DNA of 32,000 nucleotides from positions 1,477,436 to 1,509,435 of the forward strand of contig NC_003902.1 in the NCBI RefSeq assembly GCF_000007145.1, in the 5' to 3' direction. A program made the position numbers and the translations under genes. The DNA is from Xanthomonas campestris pv. campestris str. ATCC 33913. Lineage in GTDB: Bacteria; Pseudomonadota; Gammaproteobacteria; Xanthomonadales; Xanthomonadaceae. The notes beneath the pieces were generated by a model. That model was not told the DNA's origin. It saw only the letters and a list, made by a program, of their open reading frames with translations, and made no database searches. Shown here piece by piece: positions 16,472-24,829 of this stretch. The stretch's first letter is position 1; each line of letters begins with the position of its first letter.

Positions 16472-17806
16472 GTGGCCAGATCCAGAAACCGTTTCGACCG
16501 TACCCCGTTCCAGACCGCGATCACCGACCTGAGCCATGACGGCCGCGGTGTGGCGCGCCGCGATGGCGAGGGCGGCAAGGTCACCTTCATCAGTGGCGCG
16601 CTGCCGGGTGAGGTGGTTGTCGCCGAGCCCACCGCACGCAGCCGCCATTTCGATGAGGCCAAAACGGTGGAAGTGCTGCAGGCATCGCCGCAGCGGGTGG
16701 CGCCGCGCTGCCCGCATTTTGGTGTGTGCGCCGGTTGCGTGCTGCAGCATCTGGAAGAATCGCAGCAGATCGTGGCCAAGCAGCGCGTGCTGATGGACAA
16801 CCTGGAGCGCATCGGCCACGTCACGCCGCAGACGGTGCTGCCGGCCCTGGTGGGCGATACCTGGGGCTATCGCCGCAAGGGCCGCTTTTCGGTGCGCCGG
16901 GTCGAGAAGAAGGACAAGACCCTGGTCGGCTTCCGCGAACTGGACCCGCGCTTCGTGGCCGACCTGTCGGTCTGCTACACGGTGATTCCGCAGATTGGCG
17001 AGAAGATTCCGCAGCTGGCGGCGCTGGTCGAAGGCATGGACGGCAAGCGCGACATTCCGCAGATTGAATTCATCGCCGGCGACGATGCCGTGGCGCTGAC
17101 CATCCGCCATCTGCAGCCGCTCAGCGCACGTGACGAGCAGGCCTTGGTGGAGTTCGCCCAGGCGCACGATTTTGCGATCTTCCTGCAGCCTGGCGGCGTG
17201 GACAGTGTGCATCCGTTGTGGCCGCAAGAGGTGCCGCTGTCGTTCCGGTTGCCGAAATGGGACGTGGAGCTGGCGTTTCGTCCGTTGGACTTCATCCAGG
17301 TCAATGCCTCGCTCAATCAGAAGATGATTGCCCACGCCCTGGCATTGCTCGATGCCAAGCCCGATGACCGGGTGTTGGACCTGTTCTGTGGTCTGGGCAA
17401 TTTCACCCTGCCGCTGGCGCGTACCGTGCGCGAAGTCGTGGGCGTGGAGGGCGACGCCGGTTTGGTGGCGCGTGCACGCGAGAATGCACAGCGTAACGGG
17501 CTGGACAATGCGCAGTTCTACGCAGCGGACCTCACGCAAGATCAGCGGCAGACTGCGTGGATGCGCCAGGGCTTCGACAAGCTGTTGCTGGATCCACCGC
17601 GCTCCGGCGCCATCGACGTGCTGCAGCAGCTGCCGCTGAAGCAGTTCAAGCGCATCGTCTATGTGAGCTGCCACCCAGGGTCATTGGCACGCGATGCTGG
17701 CTACCTGGTGAACGAGCAGGGCTTCAGCCTGCTCAGTGCCGGTGCGATGGACATGTTCCCGCACACCGCCCATGTGGAAAGCATCGCGGTGTTTGAGAAG
17801 CGCTAG
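16472..17806 (+). CDS. rlmD: 23S rRNA (uracil-C5)-methyltransferase RlmD/RumA (about 444 aa)
   Basis: A TRAM-like N-terminus is present (ITDLSHDGRGVARRDG...). The Fe-S cluster cysteines are CPHFGVCAGC. The SAM motif is VLDLFCGLGNFTLPLA and the catalytic Cys region is YVSCHPGSLARD. The start is uncertain (GTG 16472 vs TTG 16394). Confidence 0.85.
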   Translation: MARSRNRFDRTPFQTAITDLSHDGRGVARRDGEGGKVTFISGALPGEVVVAEPTARSRHFDEAKTVEVLQASPQRVAPRCPHFGVCAGCVLQHLEESQQIVAKQRVLMDNLERIGHVTPQTVLPALVGDTWGYRRKGRFSVRRVEKKDKTLVGFRELDPRFVADLSVCYTVIPQIGEKIPQLAALVEGMDGKRDIPQIEFIAGDDAVALTIRHLQPLSARDEQALVEFAQAHDFAIFLQPGGVDSVHPLWPQEVPLSFRLPKWDVELAFRPLDFIQVNASLNQKMIAHALALLDAKPDDRVLDLFCGLGNFTLPLARTVREVVGVEGDAGLVARARENAQRNGLDNAQFYAADLTQDQRQTAWMRQGFDKLLLDPPRSGAIDVLQQLPLKQFKRIVYVSCHPGSLARDAGYLVNEQGFSLLSAGAMDMFPHTAHVESIAVFEKR

Positions 17807-17880
17807 CGCGAGGCTTGCGCGTTTGCGTCACGCGTCACGTGTGCTGATCCGAAGCGTACCTGCACTGGCAGCTGATGCTG

Positions 17881-17904
17881 CACACATCCCGGTCGGGATG
17901 TGTG
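17881..17904. terminator. perfect 10-bp stem hairpin between convergent genes (possible bidirectional terminator, no U-tract)
   Basis: CACACATCCC-ggtc-GGGATGTGTG lies 75 nt after the rlmD stop and 77 nt after the stop of the minus-strand gene. It lacks a T-run on either side. Confidence 0.35.
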
Positions 17905-17980
17905 TGGGCCATTCCACGCACGCACCCAGTGATGGCGAGCGCGTCGGAACTACTGCAGCGAGGCGCGTACGCCGCGTCAG

Positions 17981-18622
17981 TCAGTGTGCGGGGGTGGCGT
18001 TCTGCCACTGCCCATCGACCAGGGCGAACTGCATCGGCAATTCGCCGCGCTCGTTGGCAGCACTGGCCTGGACAGTGCAGGCAACCACCGGTGCGTGCTC
18101 GGAGACGGCGCAGCGCTCCACCGCAAGGACCTGCGCCGTGCTGACCGCCTGTTCGAGACTCTTGCGCACAGCTTCATTGCGTTCGGTCACCAGCTTCTTG
18201 GAAAAATCTTCCCGTAGCAGCACCTGCACGCGCGCGTTGTCGGGCACCGGTGCGGCGACTTCCATCTCGGTGTCGCTGTGCTGCAACTGCCAGCCGTTGG
18301 CGGTTGGCAGGAATCGCAGTGCCATGTGCTTTTCGCTGGGTCCGGCCTGTCCGGTGACGAGGCAATCGACTGCGCCTGGGGTCGTCTGCTCCGCGGCGGG
18401 CAGGCAGCCAACTAGAGCCGTCAAACGTGGGCGAAACAGCTCACCCATCACGTCATCGCCCTGGTTGGGGTTGCCTGCCGCGTCCTTCTGCATCGCTGTG
18501 TCCAGCGCGGCTTGGGCCTGTGCGAGCGAGGGCGCTGCGGCCGCGGCGCTTGCACCGCTGGCGGCGAGCAGCAGTGCGGTGGCAAGAACGATCTGCGGTG
18601 TGTAACGGCGACGGCCTGTCAT
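17981..18622 (-). CDS. secreted/periplasmic hypothetical protein with an internally duplicated Cys-containing module (213 aa)
   Basis: The signal peptide is MTGRRRYTPQIVLATALLLAASGASAAAAAPSLAQA. GAAAGGA lies 8 nt upstream of ATG 18622. The amino-acid composition is protein-like. The rest of ORF 17981..19114 runs antisense to the CYTH gene and is not credible. Confidence 0.6.
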   Translation of the reverse strand: MTGRRRYTPQIVLATALLLAASGASAAAAAPSLAQAQAALDTAMQKDAAGNPNQGDDVMGELFRPRLTALVGCLPAAEQTTPGAVDCLVTGQAGPSEKHMALRFLPTANGWQLQHSDTEMEVAAPVPDNARVQVLLREDFSKKLVTERNEAVRKSLEQAVSTAQVLAVERCAVSEHAPVVACTVQASAANERGELPMQFALVDGQWQNATPAH

Positions 18623-18715
18623 GGCGTGCATCCTTTCAGTGGGGGCGCGGAGTGTAGGTGGGTGGCTCCCACAATAGCCAGGCATTTTTCCGCGCGGCCG
18701 GCCATACTTGCCTTC

Positions 18716-19210
18716 ATGGGTATCGAAATCGAACGCAAATTTCTGGTGACCGGCGACGGCTGGCGTACCGCCACGCATGCGGTCATTCCGATGGCGCAGG
18801 GCTATATCAACGACCAGGCGTCGCTGCGCAGTGGTGCGCAGAATGCCTCGGTGCGTGTGCGCCTCCAGGGCGATGCGGCATTCCTCAACCTCAAGTCGCG
18901 CGAGCTCGGGCATACCCGTCAGGAGTTCGAATATCCGATTCCGCTCGACGATGCGCGCGCGTTGCTCGCGTTGTGTGTGGGTGGGCTGATCGACAAGCGC
19001 CGGCATCTGGTTGAGTACGCCGGGCATGTGTGGGAAGTGGACGAATTCCTGGGTGACAACGCCGGGCTGGTGGTGGCGGAGGTCGAGCTGGAGCACGCCG
19101 ACGAAGCGCTGCAACTGCCAGACTGGATCGGCGCAGAAGTCACCGACGATGCGCGTTACTACAACCTGGCGTTGGCATCGCAGCCATTTTCGCAGTGGTC
19201 GGTACGCTGA
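18716..19210 (+). CDS. CYTH-domain protein (triphosphate tunnel metalloenzyme / CyaB-like, 164 aa)
   Basis: The N-terminus MGIEIERKFLV carries the ExExK CYTH signature. Acidic/basic beta-strand motifs continue throughout (RVRLQG, WEVDEFLGDN, VVAEVELE). Confidence 0.8.
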   Translation: MGIEIERKFLVTGDGWRTATHAVIPMAQGYINDQASLRSGAQNASVRVRLQGDAAFLNLKSRELGHTRQEFEYPIPLDDARALLALCVGGLIDKRRHLVEYAGHVWEVDEFLGDNAGLVVAEVELEHADEALQLPDWIGAEVTDDARYYNLALASQPFSQWSVR

Positions 19211-19301
19211 GTTCCACCGGCCGCAAGGCGCGGGGGATCTGTTCGCGCGGCGCAGCGTCTATGCTGCAACCCAACTCAACCATGCGATGCACACACCTGT
19301 C

Positions 19302-19988
19302 ATGAGAATCGATATCTGGTCCGATGTGGTGTGCCCGTGGTGCTGGATCGGCAAACGCCGCTTCGAGCAGGCCGTGGCCACGCTTGGGGAGCGCTTGCCG
19401 GCGCTGGAAATCCACTACCACGCCTTCCAGCTGGATCCAGACAGTGGCCTGCAGCCGGTGCCCTTGCGCGAGGCCTTGCTGCCGAAGTTCGGCAGCGCCG
19501 AACGTACCGAACAATTGCTGGCGCAGACCCAGCAAACCGCGCGCGCCGAAGGCCTGCCGTTTGATTTTTCGCGTGGGCAGGTACAGGTCACCACCTTGCC
19601 CGCGCACCGGCTGATCTGGTTGGCGGCGCGCGAGGGTGATGTCGAGCCGGTGATCGAAGCGCTGTTCCATGCGCACTTTGCCGAAGGCAAGAATCTTGCG
19701 GCGGCCGACACCCTGATCGCTGCCGGTGCGGCTGGCGGGTTGGCGCCGGCACGCGTGCAGGCGCTGCTGGCGTCCGACGAGGGCAGTGCGCAGGTCCAGG
19801 CGCAACTGCTGCAGGCCGCGCAGATTGGTATCCGCGCGGTACCCAGTTTCGTCATCGACGGACGCAGCCTGCTTCAGGGTGCGCAACCGGCCGATGTCAT
19901 GGCACAGGCGTTGCTGCAATTGGCCGCCGAATCCGCGCCGGCCGCCGCTACCGGCGATGCCTGCGGCCCGGACGGTTGCGCGATCTGA
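19302..19988 (+). CDS. cytoplasmic DsbA-family (FrnE-like) thiol-disulfide oxidoreductase (228 aa)
   Basis: MRIDIWSDVVCPWCWIGKRRFEQA carries a CPWC active site in a DsbA/thioredoxin fold. No signal peptide is present. GIRAVPSFVIDG is the cis-Pro loop region. An alternative ATG lies at 19287. Confidence 0.8.
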   Translation: MRIDIWSDVVCPWCWIGKRRFEQAVATLGERLPALEIHYHAFQLDPDSGLQPVPLREALLPKFGSAERTEQLLAQTQQTARAEGLPFDFSRGQVQVTTLPAHRLIWLAAREGDVEPVIEALFHAHFAEGKNLAAADTLIAAGAAGGLAPARVQALLASDEGSAQVQAQLLQAAQIGIRAVPSFVIDGRSLLQGAQPADVMAQALLQLAAESAPAAATGDACGPDGCAI

Positions 19989-20016
19989 TGCGCGCGGCCG
20001 CGGTCGCCACACCCTG

Positions 20017-21024
20017 ATGCGCGGGCCCCGCACGCGGCGCACGGTGGCGGTGATCGGCGCCGGGCTGGCCGGCCTGCGCTGCGCCAGCGTGCTGCAGGCG
20101 GCCGGCTACGCCGTGACGGTCTTCGAGCAGGCTCCGGCGCCAGGTGGACGCATGCGCGCGCTTGCAGGCCAGCAGTGGCACTGCGATCACGGCGCGCAGT
20201 ACTTCACTGCGCGTGATCCGGACTTCATGGCGGCGGTGGGGGCGTGGGTAGCAAATGACTGCGCTGCGCCCTGGCTTGCGCGTCTGGCCAGTTGGGATGG
20301 CTCCACCCTGCAGCCCTCACTTGGCACGCTGCAACGCTTTGTCGGAGTGCCGGATATGGCGGCGCCAGCGCATGCGCTGGCGGTCGGGCTAGACCTGCGT
20401 ACCGAAACGCGCATCGATGCGCTGCAACGCACCGAACACGGCTGGGCACTGAGAGGTGCTGGTCTGCCAGAAGCCGTGCCTGCCGAACTGCTGGTGCTGG
20501 CACTGCCCGCGCCGCAGGCCGCTGCGTTGCTGGAGACGGCTGCGAGCGACCTGGCGCGCGTTGCTGCCCGCGTGCGCATGCAACCGGCCTGGGCCGTGGT
20601 GGCACGTTTTACGGCGCCGGTGGAGGCGGGTTACGACGGGTTGTTCGTCAATGCCGGCGCACTGCGCTGGATCGCCCGCAATTCCAGCAAGCCCGGCCGC
20701 GTCGGTGCGGAGACCTGGCTGCTGCACGCCACCGCGGCGTGGAGTCACGCCCACCGGGATGCCACGCCAGCCCAGGTGATCGACCAGCTGTTGCCGGAAC
20801 TCCAGGCGCTCGGCCTCCCCGCGCCGCTGGCGTGTGAGGCCTTCTTCTGGGAAGCGGCCAGTACCGAATCCCTGGCCGTGGCCGATGCGTGCGTGTGGGA
20901 TGCAGCATCGGCGGCAGGGCTGTGCGGCGATTGGTTGGCAGGCGGCAAGGTCGAGGGCGCCTGGTGTAGCGGAGCCGCGCTGGCGCAACGCATCTGCGCG
21001 TATGACGCAGGCGGTCGCGACTGA
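20017..21024 (+). CDS. FAD/NAD(P)-dependent oxidoreductase, renalase-like/amine-oxidase fold (335 aa)
   Basis: VAVIGAGLAGLRCASVLQAAGYAVTVFEQAPAPGGR is the dinucleotide-binding motif. HGAQYFTARDP is present, and the C-terminal GDWLAGGKVEGAWCSG is typical of this family. It starts 28 nt after the DsbA-like gene. Confidence 0.75.
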   Translation: MRGPRTRRTVAVIGAGLAGLRCASVLQAAGYAVTVFEQAPAPGGRMRALAGQQWHCDHGAQYFTARDPDFMAAVGAWVANDCAAPWLARLASWDGSTLQPSLGTLQRFVGVPDMAAPAHALAVGLDLRTETRIDALQRTEHGWALRGAGLPEAVPAELLVLALPAPQAAALLETAASDLARVAARVRMQPAWAVVARFTAPVEAGYDGLFVNAGALRWIARNSSKPGRVGAETWLLHATAAWSHAHRDATPAQVIDQLLPELQALGLPAPLACEAFFWEAASTESLAVADACVWDAASAAGLCGDWLAGGKVEGAWCSGAALAQRICAYDAGGRD

Positions 21025-21194
21025 ATCCATCTGCTGCCACTGCGCGTATTGCAGGGGAGAGGTTTAGGAGCACAGCCGCATGGCGGATCAGGTTGAGCGG
21101 GCACATCGCGATGACAGCAGGCGGCGCCGGGCGCACTGCGTGATGAAGCAAGCAGCATGCGCATCCCGCGTCGGATACGAGTCGCGTGCCGCCG

Positions 21195-22784
21195 ATGCGT
21201 GAACACGATGCAGGCGGTGCAGACACGGGCGCCGAACCGCAGCGCTGGGTGCCGGCGCATACGCTGCGCCTGGTGCTGGGCGACCAGCTCAATCCGCTGC
21301 ATAGCTGGTTCGTGACGCCCAACGCCAGTGTGGTCTACGTGCTGATGGAGGTGCGCGCGGAAACCGACTACGTATTGCATCACGCGCAAAAGATCCTGGC
21401 GATTTTCGCGGCGATGCGCGCCTTCGCCGCACGCTTGCGGCAGGCCGGGCACCGCGTGCGTTACGTCAGCATCGACACGCCCAGCAATCGGCAGTCGATC
21501 ACCGCCAATCTGGAAGCGTTGATGGTGCACTACCGCGCCAAGTGGCTGGAATACCAGGCGCCGGACGAGTGGCGCCTGGATGAACTGCTGGAGCAGTGGT
21601 GCGCAGCCCAGCCGTTCGCCAGCCGCATGGTGGGCAGCGAACATTTCCTGACCGAGCGCGAGGACGTAGCCGGGTGCTTCGATGCGCGTGCGGCCTGGCG
21701 CATGGAGGTGTTCTATCGCCACATGCGGCGACGGCATCGCATCCTGCTGGACCACGCGGGCGCACCGGAAGGCGGGCGTTGGAACTTCGACCATGACAAT
21801 CGCGCGCCGTGGCCGGGCGACCCGCCGGCACCGGCGGACTGGCGCATGACCCACGACCATGCCGCGCTCTGGCAGACCATCGAAGCAGCTGGCGTGCGCA
21901 GTTTCGGTGCGCCGCAGGCCGATGCCTTGCCGTGGCCGCTGCACCGCGACGAAGCGCTGCAGCAGCTGGACGACTTCATCACGCACGCGCTGCCGCACTT
22001 CGGCCGCTACGAAGATGCGATGAGCACGCGCAGCCCGCGGCTGTTTCATTCGCTGCTGTCGTTCGCACTGAACGTCAAGATGTTGCACCCGGCCGAAGTG
22101 ATTGCACGTGCCGAGGCGGCGTGGCGCGACGGGCACGCGCCGCTGGCGTCGGTGGAAGGCTTCATCCGCCAGATCCTGGGCTGGCGCGAGTATGTGCGCG
22201 GTGTGTACTGGTCGCAGATGCCCGGTTACGCGCAATCCAATCAGCTGGGCCAGCACGCGCCGCTGCCACACTGGTTCTGGGATGGGCAGATCGGCATGCG
22301 TTGCCTGGCCGATGCGATCGGCAATTCGTTGAATAACGCGCATGCCCACCACATCCAGCGGCTGATGGTGATCGGCAACTTTGCGTTGTTGGCGGGGCTG
22401 GATCCGCAGGCCCTGCATCGCTGGTATCTGGGCGTCTACATCGATGCGTTCGAGTGGGTGGAGTTGCCCAATACGGTTGGCATGAGTCAGTTCGCCGACG
22501 GCGGCTTTCTCGGCAGCAAGCCCTATATCAGCGGCGCGGCGTATATCGATCGTATGAGCGACTACTGCACTGGCTGCGCCTATCAGCGCAGGCAGCGGGT
22601 GGGCCCGCGCGCATGCCCGTACAACGCGCTGTACTGGGATTTTCTGGCCCGCCAGCGCGCGCTGTTGGGAAGCAATGAGCGGCTGGCGTTGCCGTACCGG
22701 CAACTGGACGACATGGCGCCGGAGGCGCTGGCGCAGCTGCAGGCGCAGGCGGAGCATTGGCGCGCGCACTTGGAGGTGCTGTAG
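21195..22784 (+). CDS. cryptochrome/photolyase family protein of the Fe-S bacterial type (FeS-BCP; (6-4) photolyase/CryB-like, 529 aa)
   Basis: The COG3046-like N-terminus is LRLVLGDQLN...YVLHHAQKI and the FAD-binding C-terminal half is HIQRLMVIGNF. Four cysteines sit at residues 370, 458, 461 and 474 (codons 22302, 22566, 22575, 22614), the spacing expected for the [4Fe-4S] ligands. Confidence 0.85.
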   Translation: MREHDAGGADTGAEPQRWVPAHTLRLVLGDQLNPLHSWFVTPNASVVYVLMEVRAETDYVLHHAQKILAIFAAMRAFAARLRQAGHRVRYVSIDTPSNRQSITANLEALMVHYRAKWLEYQAPDEWRLDELLEQWCAAQPFASRMVGSEHFLTEREDVAGCFDARAAWRMEVFYRHMRRRHRILLDHAGAPEGGRWNFDHDNRAPWPGDPPAPADWRMTHDHAALWQTIEAAGVRSFGAPQADALPWPLHRDEALQQLDDFITHALPHFGRYEDAMSTRSPRLFHSLLSFALNVKMLHPAEVIARAEAAWRDGHAPLASVEGFIRQILGWREYVRGVYWSQMPGYAQSNQLGQHAPLPHWFWDGQIGMRCLADAIGNSLNNAHAHHIQRLMVIGNFALLAGLDPQALHRWYLGVYIDAFEWVELPNTVGMSQFADGGFLGSKPYISGAAYIDRMSDYCTGCAYQRRQRVGPRACPYNALYWDFLARQRALLGSNERLALPYRQLDDMAPEALAQLQAQAEHWRAHLEVL

Positions 22785-23139
22785 GCGCCTGGGTAGCACG
22801 GCAATGGGGGCCGTCGGGGCGAGTTCGGTGCCGTTGGTAGCTGGATCCCTTTTTCAGCCTGAGGGGGAATTCTTGGCTGCGCCTGCACATGCAACCTGGC
22901 TGGTCACGCGGAAGCGTTACCGCGCGCCACACCGGCACAAGCAATCACACCGGCACGGGTCTGCAGAGCGCGGCAGCCAGTCAGCCGACAGCGCCTGCAA
23001 GCAAACCCAATAAAAAAATCGCTGCGAAGGGCTAGCTCCGGCACCCAACAAGGTCGCCGGCCCCATTCCCAGCACCCGCACAACCGCCAGCCACGGCCGC
23101 CCTTGCCTGAATGCGCGGTCTGACGCTGCTGCGCGCATC

Positions 23140-23148
23140 TGCGACAAT
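23140..23148 (+). promoter_or_regulatory. candidate extended -10 promoter for nagZ-hpt-mtnP (TGcGACAAT)
   Basis: TGCGACAAT lies about 45 nt upstream of ATG 23192. It supports the internal start rather than ORF-track start 23111. Confidence 0.3.
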
Positions 23149-23191
23149 GCCGCGCTGCGCCATCGTGGCGTCTGGCCCGGGAGTCCCCAAC

Positions 23192-24187
23192 ATGCTTCTG
23201 ATCGGCGTTGCCGGTACCGAACTCAGCGCACAGGAACGCGACTGGCTGCAGCACGACGCCGTCGCCGGCGTGGTGCTGTTCAAGCGCAACTTCGCCTCGC
23301 GCACGCAGGTGGCCGAGTTGTCGGCCGCCATCCGCGCCGCGGCGCCGCGCCCGCAATTGATCTGCGTGGACCAGGAAGGCGGCCGGGTGCAGCGCTTTCG
23401 CGAGGGTTACAGCGCCTTGGCGCCGCTGCAGAGCTTTGGCGCGCTGTATGCCACCGACCCGGAAGGCGCGCTTGCCCAGGCCCGCGCGCATGCGCAGCTG
23501 ATGGCCAGCGAAGTGCGCGCCAGTGGTGTTGATCTCAGTTTTGCCCCGGTGGTGGACCTGGCACGCGGCAACCGCGCCATCGGCGACCGCGCCTTCAGCG
23601 ACGACCCGCAGGTGGTGGCCAGCTTCACCCGTGCCTACGTGCAGGCGCTGCACGCCGCCGGCATGGGCGCCACGCTCAAGCATTTCCCCGGCCACGGCAC
23701 CGTGCTGGAAGACACCCATGTCGACCACGCCAGCGACCCACGGCCGCTGGACGTCCTGCTGGCCGAGGACCTGGTGCCGTTCGTGGCCGGGATCGACGCC
23801 GGTGCCGACGCGGTGATGATGGCCCACGTGGTCTACCCGCAGGTGGCGCCGGAGCCGGCCGGCTACGCGTCGCGCTGGATCGAGCAGATCCTGCGCGGGC
23901 AACTGGGCTTCCGTGGCGTGGTCTTCTCCGACGACATCGGCATGGCCGCCTCGTTCAGTGCTGGCGGCGTCGCCGGACGGGTGCACGCGCACCTGGATGC
24001 CGGCTGCGACGTGGTGCTGGTCTGTCACCCCGAACTGGTCGCCGAGTCCTTGCAGGCGGTGGCCGGCCGTACGCTCAACACTGCCGCACTGATCGGCCTG
24101 ATCGGCCGCGGCGCGCTGGGCTGGGATGGCCTGCTCGCCGATGCTCCCACCACCTCCCTTTCCGCCTCTTTCGGAACACTTGCCTGA
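23192..24187 (+). CDS. nagZ: beta-N-acetylhexosaminidase (peptidoglycan recycling, GH3; 331 aa)
   Basis: MLLIGVAGTELSAQERDWLQH..GVVLFKRNF aligns to the NagZ N-terminus. VDQEGGRVQRF and KHFPGHG are present. GGGAG lies 8 nt upstream of the ATG. Confidence 0.9.
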   Translation: MLLIGVAGTELSAQERDWLQHDAVAGVVLFKRNFASRTQVAELSAAIRAAAPRPQLICVDQEGGRVQRFREGYSALAPLQSFGALYATDPEGALAQARAHAQLMASEVRASGVDLSFAPVVDLARGNRAIGDRAFSDDPQVVASFTRAYVQALHAAGMGATLKHFPGHGTVLEDTHVDHASDPRPLDVLLAEDLVPFVAGIDAGADAVMMAHVVYPQVAPEPAGYASRWIEQILRGQLGFRGVVFSDDIGMAASFSAGGVAGRVHAHLDAGCDVVLVCHPELVAESLQAVAGRTLNTAALIGLIGRGALGWDGLLADAPTTSLSASFGTLA

Positions 24188-24741
24188 TGTCCACGCTCAC
24201 CATTTCCCAGGCCCTGGCCCAAGCCGATCTGCTGGTCGACCGCCCTGCCATCGACGCCGCCGTCGCCACCATCGCCGATGCGATCGCGCGCGACTACGCC
24301 GGCGAAGTGCCGGTGTATCTCACCATCATGCACGGCGCGCTGCCGTTCTCCGGCCAGTTGGCGCTGGAGCTGGGCGCGCGCGGACAGGACCTGCAGTTCG
24401 ACTATCTGCACGCCACCCGCTACCGCGGCGAAACCACCGGCGGCGAGCTGGTCTGGAAGCACCGCCCCGCCACTGCGCTGTTCGGCCGCCGGGTGATCCT
24501 GGTCGACGACATCCTGGATGAGGGCTACACCCTGCAGGGCGTGCGCCAGTGGTGCCTGGAGCAGGGCGCCACCGATGTGCGCGTGGCGGTGTTGACCGTC
24601 AAGCGCCATGACCGCTGCGTGCCGGGCGTTACCGCCGACTACGTGGGCGTGGAAGTGGCCGACCGCTACGTGTTCGGCTTCGGCATGGACGTCAACGAGC
24701 AGCTGCGCGGCATTCCTGCCATCTATGCGATGAAGCAGTAA
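24187..24741 (+). CDS. hpt: hypoxanthine-guanine phosphoribosyltransferase (184 aa)
   Basis: The PRPP-binding motif is RVILVDDILDEGYTL. YVFGFGMDVNEQLRGIPAIY resembles the Hpt C-terminus. TGATG start/stop overlap with nagZ. Confidence 0.85.
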   Translation: MSTLTISQALAQADLLVDRPAIDAAVATIADAIARDYAGEVPVYLTIMHGALPFSGQLALELGARGQDLQFDYLHATRYRGETTGGELVWKHRPATALFGRRVILVDDILDEGYTLQGVRQWCLEQGATDVRVAVLTVKRHDRCVPGVTADYVGVEVADRYVFGFGMDVNEQLRGIPAIYAMKQ

Positions 24742-24829
24742 GCCAGCGCACCTACCCACCCCGGTGGGTACAGCACTGCGCCATTGCCGGTGCAGCGTTC
24801 TTCTTTCGTCTTTCGATGCAGAGGTCTGT

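Noticed and set aside
17736-18605. A 289-aa plus-strand ORF overlapping the minus-strand secreted hypothetical gene.
   Set aside because: The translation is Cys/Arg/Ser/Ala-rich with no start signals. The minus-strand frame has an SD, a signal peptide and balanced composition.
18596-18622. A possible twin-arginine (Tat) signal (GRRRYTPQ) on the secreted hypothetical protein.
   Set aside because: It does not fit the S/T-R-R-x-F-L-K consensus (no F-L-K after RR). A Sec-type signal is the simpler reading.
20745-22799. Very long antisense ORFs. These are 684 aa opposite the photolyase gene, 508 aa at 16148..17674 opposite rlmD, 471 aa at 10515..11930 opposite lepA, 489 aa at 25723..27192 opposite the monooxygenase, and 524 aa at 27649..29223 opposite the helicase.
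   Set aside because: Their translations are Arg/Ala/Gly/His-rich with no recognisable motifs, and each lies exactly opposite a gene with clear family signatures. Stop-poor antisense frames are expected in DNA this GC-rich. I see no evidence for overlapping genes.
22843-22872. GGATCC (BamHI) and GAATTC (EcoRI) sites 18 bp apart in a non-coding gap, reminiscent of a cloning scar or polylinker.
   Set aside because: There is no other vector-like sequence, the flanking DNA is native-looking, and two 6-mers this close can occur by chance.
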